This document shows positions 39,432-39,582 of a stretch of 39,582 nucleotides of DNA, one piece after another. The notes under the pieces were generated by a model. The model did not search any database and had not been told where the DNA came from. It was given only the letters and a program-made list of their open reading frames with translations. Location of the stretch: the IMG/VR virus record IMGVR_UViG_3300045988_038540. One strand, 5' to 3'. This DNA is from a virus. Position 1 is the stretch's first letter, and every line of letters begins with the position of its first letter. The position numbers were made by a program, and so were the translations under genes.

Positions 39432-39582
39432 ATGGACATTATTTTTTTCCTTTCTCAAATTGATCGTCTTCGTAAAGAGAGAAAACTAACAAAAGCAGAA
39501 TTTTATGAAAGAGCAGATATAACGGCATCCGCAGTATCCCAATGGAGGAACGAAAAAACTGTTCCGGCAGAAACAACTATAC
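39432..39582 (+). CDS. XRE-family HTH protein, 5' part (60 aa in total, continues at 96..124 across the circular junction); candidate lysogeny repressor
   Basis: ATG after GAAGAGGA; MDIIFFLSQIDRLRKERKLTKAEFYERADITASAVSQWRNEK...; same strand as the integrase. Confidence 0.7.
   Translation, partial: MDIIFFLSQIDRLRKERKLTKAEFYERADITASAVSQWRNEKTVPAETTI
39488..39582. repeat. Terminal direct repeat copy 2 (identical to 1..95)
   Basis: See copy 1. Confidence 0.9.

Larger units (their letters stand above)
1..39582. mobile_element. Complete temperate tailed-phage genome (siphovirus-like), circularly closed; unit length 39487 bp
   Basis: Integrase plus attP-like tRNA fragment, lysis cassette, tail/head/packaging modules, replication-recombination module, divergent XRE switch; window ends are an exact 95-bp repeat. 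Confidence 0.9.

Overview
The window is one complete temperate tailed-phage genome. It looks siphovirus-like, with a tape measure protein, G/T tail chaperones and a TP901-like major tail protein. RBS and codon style point to a Firmicutes/Clostridia-type host. Bases 1..95 are identical to 39488..39582 and the repeat cuts through an XRE gene, so the record appears to be a circularly closed unit of 39487 bp.

Layout:
- **Plus strand, lysogeny side:** a short XRE repressor-like gene that wraps the junction, a zinc-ribbon membrane protein, a tyrosine integrase, and an attP-like tRNA 3' fragment.
- **Minus strand, one long transcription direction:** Cro-like XRE, then early genes (HTH, pentapeptide-repeat protein, 3D-domain protein, Gp157, SSAP, HNH, SSB, replisome organiser, DnaB-like helicase, RusA, PAPS-reductase-like protein, many small Cys-rich proteins including three Lar-like paralogues, YopX). 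These are followed by a small XRE, a terminator and a structured leader. Then come terS, terL, portal, MuF-like, scaffold, capsid, connectors, major tail, G/T, TMP, tail tip and collagen-like fibres. Last are the XhlA-like/holin/amidase lysis cassette and an eight-gene cargo block ending at attP.
- Most minus-strand gene junctions are ATGA/GTGA overlaps.

Loci most worth follow-up:
1. An AT-rich, opposite-strand NYN/LabA nuclease moron with its own consensus promoter, structured leader and bidirectional terminator (5560..6317).
2. Two promoter-hairpin-terminator cassettes antisense to the early operon (38159..38644).
3. A ribbon-helix-helix (RHH) regulator, three operator repeats and an antisense two-gene cassette inserted in the head-morphogenesis operon (19705..20705).
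4. A cargo block of low-complexity, Gly/Cys-rich and TNF-like proteins (1976..5443).
5. A tail-tip gene split at a G5 tract.
6. An HExxH protein in the connector module.
7. A near-perfect 15-bp-repeat pentapeptide gene.

All family assignments come from motif recognition by eye. No searches were run.
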